IMG/VR virus record: IMGVR_UViG_3300017912_000738
Coordinates: 1 to 37,479 of that record
Length of the DNA: 37,479 nt
Direction: 5' to 3' (one strand)
Source: a virus
Lineage: Duplodnaviria; Caudoviricetes
This document shows, in pieces, positions 34,393 through 37,479 of the stretch. The translations under genes and the position numbers were made by a program. The notes beneath the pieces are model-generated. The model searched no databases and had not been told where the DNA came from. It worked only from the letters and a program-made list of their open reading frames with translations. Within the stretch, counting starts at the first letter, position 1. Every line of letters starts with the position of its first letter.

Positions 34393-35397
34393 ATGTCAGA
34401 ACCCAATAACCCAAACGGGATTGATCTAGGCACTGCACAAAATGCCATAATGGACATGATTGCACCCAAAGAGGATACTGCAAGTGAGCCAGAGGCGCTT
34501 GAGGCTGAAGCTGAAGAGGTAATCGAAGCAGAAGCCGAAATGCCAGAAGAGGAAGCTACTGATGAGGAAGTGGATACAGACGGCGACCTCGAAGCTGCGG
34601 ATGAAGCTGAAGAGCTTGAAGAAGAATCTTTCGACATACTTGCACAGACTGTGGAAGTAGAAGGCGAAGAGATTACAGTCGAAGAGCTAAAACGCGGAAA
34701 TCTTAGGCAGAGAGATTATACTCGCAAGACTCAAGAACTGGCCGAGATGCGAAAAGATATTGAGGCGCAATTTGATTCTGTTACGCGAGAGCGGCAACAA
34801 TATGCTCAACTTCTACCCGCTTTACAGGAGAGGATTGAGTCACAAGTGGTTGAAGAGCCTGATTGGGATACCCTGTATGATGCAGATCCTAACATGGCCA
34901 GAAAAGCCGAGCGGCAATTCCGAAAACAAAAGGAAGAGCGCGAAAATTCATTACAGGCAATCCGTCAGGAGAAAGAGCGTGTACAAGCTTTAGAAGTAGA
35001 AAACCAAGAGCGAATGAAAGCTGAATTTACTGCTAGGCAACGCGAAATGCTCCCAGAGATTATTCCAGAGTGGCGAGACACGAAAGTCGCCCAGAAGGAA
35101 GCCTCAGACTTGAGAAGCTTTTTATTAAAAGAAGGTTTTCTCGAAGCTGATATTAATGAGTTGAGACACGCCGGTTTAGTTAAACTAGCTCGTATGGCTA
35201 TGTTATTTGATCAAGGTCAGTCTAAGGCTGTAAAAGCGAAAGCGAAGCCTAAGCCAAAAGCCAAGACCATGAAGACAGGCACACGAGGAACGCAACCGCG
35301 ACCCAAAGCTGCAAGTGAACAAGCGTTACAACGCGCACGACAAACTGGCCGTGTCAGAGATGCTGCGGCTGCAATCAATACATTAATAGGAGGCTAA
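34393..35397 (+). CDS. Capsid scaffolding protein
   Basis: Acidic N-terminus, V.GEE.T.EELK.G..RQ.DYTRKTQELA, coiled coil, TG...DAA end. Confidence 0.88.
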   Translation: MSEPNNPNGIDLGTAQNAIMDMIAPKEDTASEPEALEAEAEEVIEAEAEMPEEEATDEEVDTDGDLEAADEAEELEEESFDILAQTVEVEGEEITVEELKRGNLRQRDYTRKTQELAEMRKDIEAQFDSVTRERQQYAQLLPALQERIESQVVEEPDWDTLYDADPNMARKAERQFRKQKEERENSLQAIRQEKERVQALEVENQERMKAEFTARQREMLPEIIPEWRDTKVAQKEASDLRSFLLKEGFLEADINELRHAGLVKLARMAMLFDQGQSKAVKAKAKPKPKAKTMKTGTRGTQPRPKAASEQALQRARQTGRVRDAAAAINTLIGG

Positions 35398-35398
35398 T

Positions 35399-36352
35399 AT
35401 GGCCATTGTAGCAAATACATTTACAAGTTTCGACGCGAAGGGTATTCGTGAAGAGCTTTCAGACGTGATCAATTCGATCTCACCAGAAACTGTCCCATTT
35501 CAAAGTAACGTTGGATCACAGAACGTGTCCAATACTTATTTTGAGTGGCAGACCGACAGCTTAGCTGCGGTAGACAAAACAGCTAGAATTGATGGGGACG
35601 ACGTGTCTTCATTTGACTCTACTGCGGCGACTACCAGAGTTGGTAACTACACACAGATCCTACGCAGAACTGTGATCGTAGCTGACAACCTTGAGTCTCA
35701 AGACCTTGCAGGAAGAAATTCTGAAATGGCGATGCAAATCGCAAAACGAGGCAAGGAGCTAAAGCGAGACCTAGAAGCGGTTCTAACGGACAATAACGCT
35801 CAGGTGGCTGGAAATACATCAACAGCTCGAGAGACTGGCGGTCTAGGTGCTTGGATTGCATCTAACGACGTTTTCGCGTCAGACGGTGCAAGCCCAACAG
35901 GTAACGGGACCAATGCTCGTACCGATGGTACACAAGCCGCGTTTACAGAAACCATGCTCAAGAGCGCAATGCAAAACGCTTTCACAAACGGCGGAACTCC
36001 ATCAATCTTAATGGTTGGTCCTTACAACAAAACTGTTGTATCGGGATTTGCGGGTATCGCAGCTCAGCGTTACATGGCGCCGACAGATGCTCCAACCACA
36101 ATTATTGGTGCGGCTGACGTCTATCTATCTGATTTTGGGACACTTTCTGTGACAACTAACCTCTTTCAAAGGGAAAGAGATGCGTTCTTGCTCGACCCAG
36201 AATATGCTTCTGTTGCTTATTTACGTCCGATCCAGAACGTAGAACTTTCCAAAACCGGTGACGCTTCTAAATCGATGCTTCTAGTCGAAGCCGGACTCGA
36301 GGTAGGTAATGAGGCGGCCCATTCAGGTGTGTTCGACCTAACTACATCATAA
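35399..36352 (+). CDS. Major capsid protein (DUF5309/SU10-like)
   Basis: REELSD.I..ISP.T.PF, EWQTD.L, NYTQI, ELKRDLE, Y.SDFG, L.KTGD. Confidence 0.93.
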   Translation: MAIVANTFTSFDAKGIREELSDVINSISPETVPFQSNVGSQNVSNTYFEWQTDSLAAVDKTARIDGDDVSSFDSTAATTRVGNYTQILRRTVIVADNLESQDLAGRNSEMAMQIAKRGKELKRDLEAVLTDNNAQVAGNTSTARETGGLGAWIASNDVFASDGASPTGNGTNARTDGTQAAFTETMLKSAMQNAFTNGGTPSILMVGPYNKTVVSGFAGIAAQRYMAPTDAPTTIIGAADVYLSDFGTLSVTTNLFQRERDAFLLDPEYASVAYLRPIQNVELSKTGDASKSMLLVEAGLEVGNEAAHSGVFDLTTS

Positions 36353-36359
36353 TAGAGTT

Positions 36360-36384
36360 GGGGCGGCTTCGGTCGCCCCTCTTA
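36360..36384 (+). terminator. Hairpin terminator after the capsid gene (cUUCGg loop, weak U tract)
   Basis: GGGGCGGC-TTCG-GTCGCCCC-TCTT. Confidence 0.7.
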
Positions 36385-36397
36385 CTTGGAGATAAAA

Positions 36398-36700
36398 ATG
36401 CAGAAAAGACTTTTTGACAGAGACCCTGAGCTTGGAATTACCAAGTATTGGCACGTCAAAGATAACGGAGAGTTTGTTGTAGAGACTGTTCAAGATATGA
36501 CAGGAATAGCTGAATACAATAAAAGAGCGTACAACGGTACAGATAAAAAATGGAAAGACGTTAATAAGGTAGCTTCGATACCTCTTTCCGTGTATTATGA
36601 TTTAAAAAGGCGAGGGATTGCAGACGATCCCGTAGCTTTCAGGAAATGGATGAACGATTCTGATAACCAAGTATTTAGAACAAGACAGGGTGTATTGTGA
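36398..36700 (+). CDS. Conserved head-module hypothetical protein
   Basis: VASIP...W.ND.DN..FRT..G motif. GGAG RBS supports ATG 36398. Confidence 0.8.
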   Translation: MQKRLFDRDPELGITKYWHVKDNGEFVVETVQDMTGIAEYNKRAYNGTDKKWKDVNKVASIPLSVYYDLKRRGIADDPVAFRKWMNDSDNQVFRTRQGVL

Positions 36701-37317
36701 GCATTTCAAATTTTACTGACTTAAAAAGTTCAATAGCTGATTTTTTAAATCGTGACGATTTAACGTCAGTAATTCCTACGTTTATCAAGTTAGCTGAAGC
36801 CGACATGAACAGGAAGCTTAGGCATTGGAGAATGGAATCTAGAAAGGTTGCTCTTTTAGATACTCAGTATACTGCTTTTCCCCTCGATTTTATTGAGGGT
36901 ATAAGATTGATGCTTACCGGTACAAATGAGCATAGATTAGAGCTTATTAGTTTGAGCGAGCTTATGGATAAACGAGCGGCTGATAATACAGCCGGAACTC
37001 CAAAATTTTATGCACCGGTTGACGGTTCTTTTGAAGTGTATCCAACGCCAGACCAAGATTATACGATAGAGATGCTTTATTATGAAAGAATAGAATCTCT
37101 CAGTAGCAGTATCACGACAAATTGGGTTTTAACTTATTACCCAGACATTTATCTTTATGGGGCGTTGACGCATAGTGCGCCGTATCTAGGTGAAGATCAG
37201 CGCACATTGGTGTGGGCAGAGTTGTATCAAAACGCAATAGATGGTACAAATAGTGAAGACAAACAGGCCAAGTCTAGTGGATCAGGCCACAGAATGAGAA
37301 TTAGGAGTTTTGGATAA
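36697..37317 (+). CDS. Head-tail adaptor / tail tubular protein A-like
   Basis: L...IA..LNR.DLT..IP.FI.LAE....R.LR, GTP..Y, YPTPD, NW.L...PD.YLYG.L. Confidence 0.8.
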   Translation: MSISNFTDLKSSIADFLNRDDLTSVIPTFIKLAEADMNRKLRHWRMESRKVALLDTQYTAFPLDFIEGIRLMLTGTNEHRLELISLSELMDKRAADNTAGTPKFYAPVDGSFEVYPTPDQDYTIEMLYYERIESLSSSITTNWVLTYYPDIYLYGALTHSAPYLGEDQRTLVWAELYQNAIDGTNSEDKQAKSSGSGHRMRIRSFG

Positions 37318-37479
37318 ATGGCAAGTTTTACAAAAGTAAATGACTTTGTGGTCAATCTGGCTAACGCAATGGACATGAACGCTGACACGTTTAAGGTTGC
37401 GCTATCTAACACAGACCCAACATCAGGCACAAATGCGGCGGCTGATGGAAATGGTGTATTAGCAAATATTACAGAAATT
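37318..37479 (+). CDS. 5' part of the structural gene that continues to 411
   Basis: ATG directly after the adaptor stop, AGGAG upstream, MASFTKVNDFVVNLANAMD... Confidence 0.85.
   Translation, partial: MASFTKVNDFVVNLANAMDMNADTFKVALSNTDPTSGTNAAADGNGVLANITEI
37339..37479. repeat. Terminal direct repeat, right copy (circular-assembly overlap)
   Basis: Identical to 1-141. Confidence 0.97.

Noticed and set aside
1-37479. tRNA genes, integrase, DNA polymerase, introns/inteins or alternative genetic code
   Set aside because: I saw no cloverleaf or corresponding motifs. Core genes are intact and of normal length in the standard code. tRNAscan and HMM searches would be needed to exclude these formally

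Overview
The window is an apparently complete, circularly assembled tailed-phage genome of about 37,338 bp. Bases 1-141 repeat exactly at 37339-37479, and the first gene is split across that junction. The gene set suggests a podovirus-like phage: terminase, portal, scaffold, major capsid, adaptor, nozzle and ejection proteins, and two fibre plus adhesin pairs with no tape measure or sheath. It also has an inverted lysis cassette (GH19 endolysin, holin-like proteins), a minimal replication module (RuvC-like resolvase, RecE-like exonuclease, SSB, primase-helicase, candidate origin) and three clusters of small early or accessory genes. I find no integrase, no CI-type repressor and no DNA polymerase. 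The most interesting signals are non-coding. (1) A 28-bp XerCD dif-like site with a palindromic spacer sits between the terminase genes. (2) TTAA-N7-TTAA boxes, matching the CtrA consensus, sit inside a repeated early-promoter cassette. (3) Two terminator-bounded candidate small RNAs carry anti-Shine-Dalgarno tracts, and one is complementary to the phage's own early-gene ribosome-binding site. Together these suggest an alphaproteobacterial phage that uses host Xer recombination and host cell-cycle regulators in place of its own lysogeny module. That model and the host assignment are inference. Protein family calls come from motif recognition by eye, not from database searches.
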